In this document: positions 48,491 through 49,179 of the stretch, piece after piece
Layout of the letters: each line of letters starts with the position of its first letter
Numbering within the stretch: the first letter of the stretch is position 1
Source of the DNA: Candidatus Azotimanducaceae bacterium
Lineage (GTDB): Bacteria > Actinomycetota > Acidimicrobiia > Acidimicrobiales > Ilumatobacteraceae
Assembly (NCBI GenBank): GCA_047635555.1
Contig: JBLIKS010000001.1
Coordinates: 1-49,179, forward strand
DNA: 49,179 nucleotides
Reading direction: 5' to 3'
The notes under the pieces: generated by a model
The model's input: only the letters and a program-made list of their open reading frames with translations
Database searches by the model: none
What the model was told of the DNA's origin: nothing
Translations under genes and position numbers: made by a program

Positions 48491-49179
48491 GTGACAACTG
48501 ATTCGTGGATTGCGCTGGTCGTGATTCTGTTGTGTGTGGTGATCCTTATCGCCGACCGCGTTGCACCGGTCGTGGTGCTGGGTGGCGCCGTCGTCGTCCT
48601 CATGTTTCTGGACGTCATCGATTCTGAGGTGGCCCTGAGCGGGCTGTCTAGCCCTGCACCAGCGACCATTGCCGCGCTGTACGTGTTGGCCGGAGCCGTA
48701 ACGGCAACGGGGACGTTCTCGCGTGTGTTCGACCGATTACTCGACCGAGGAGGGTCGATTGCCCTGCTGGCGGCGGTGACTGCCGGGGCTTCATCTGTCG
48801 TGCCGAACACACCGCTGGTGGCGATGTTCGCGCCTCGTGTCGTTCGTTGGTCTCAGCTCAATGGAGTCAGTGCTTCGCGCTTCCTGCTTCCACTGTCGTT
48901 CGCGAGCATCCTCGGTGGTGTGATCACGCTGATCGGCACGTCGACGAACCTGGTCGTGTCGGACCTTCTGAGCAAGTCGGGCGAAGAACCGCTCGGCGTA
49001 CTCGAGATCACGGTCGTGGGGCTTCCTGTCGCGGTGGTCGGTGTGGCTGTGTTGTCGACGATCGGGGTGCGCCTCCTCCCGGACCGGACTGCAGTGTCGA
49101 CTGATGTTGCGCGTCGCGGCAGGGAGTTCCAGCTCGCCGCCCGCGTCACCGCCGACGGCCCGCTCGTTGGCCGGACGAT
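48491..49179 (+). CDS. SLC13 family permease (probable sulfate/anion transporter), truncated by the window end
   Basis: Not in the ORF track. Manual translation MTTDSWIALVVILLCVVILIADR...PNTPLVAMF...LGGVITLIGTSTNLVV; AAGGA upstream. Confidence 0.85.
   Translation, partial: MTTDSWIALVVILLCVVILIADRVAPVVVLGGAVVVLMFLDVIDSEVALSGLSSPAPATIAALYVLAGAVTATGTFSRVFDRLLDRGGSIALLAAVTAGASSVVPNTPLVAMFAPRVVRWSQLNGVSASRFLLPLSFASILGGVITLIGTSTNLVVSDLLSKSGEEPLGVLEITVVGLPVAVVGVAVLSTIGVRLLPDRTAVSTDVARRGREFQLAARVTADGPLVGRT

Overview
High-GC actinobacterial chromosome segment spanning the replication origin. Gene content and order suggest class Acidimicrobiia (Ilumatobacter-like); this is an inference, not a database result. 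The core is the canonical origin block: tRNA-Ile, DUF3566, gyrA, gyrB, dciA, recF, dnaN and dnaA on the minus strand, then rpmH, rnpA, yidD, yidC, jag, rsmG, parS sites, parA and parB on the plus strand. It is followed by the cwlM-trxA-trxB-anti-sigma-sigM-kinase-degV-DUF6049-GNAT-cca block. The flanks carry a molybdopterin oxidoreductase, DUF389, MgtE-N/CBS and DUF1003 genes, a small-protein/oxidoreductase/hydrolase operon, a PAS-GGDEF-EAL protein, acyl-CoA enzymes and an Rrf2-cysD-cysNC-SLC13 sulfate-activation locus. I found no CRISPR array, transposase or prophage. The most notable observations: (1) an intact Ser/Thr kinase occupies the slot of the MviN pseudokinase module, murJ is absent and degV sits in its place; (2) a third DnaA-box cluster lies downstream of parB; (3) a 4x13-bp G6 repeat (G-quadruplex motif) abuts a REP-like hairpin that recurs between dnaN and recF; (4) a perfect 30-bp palindrome sits beside parS; (5) cwlM probably starts at a CTG codon; (6) GyrA has Ala at the D87-equivalent position. 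These are hypotheses; none proves a new system.
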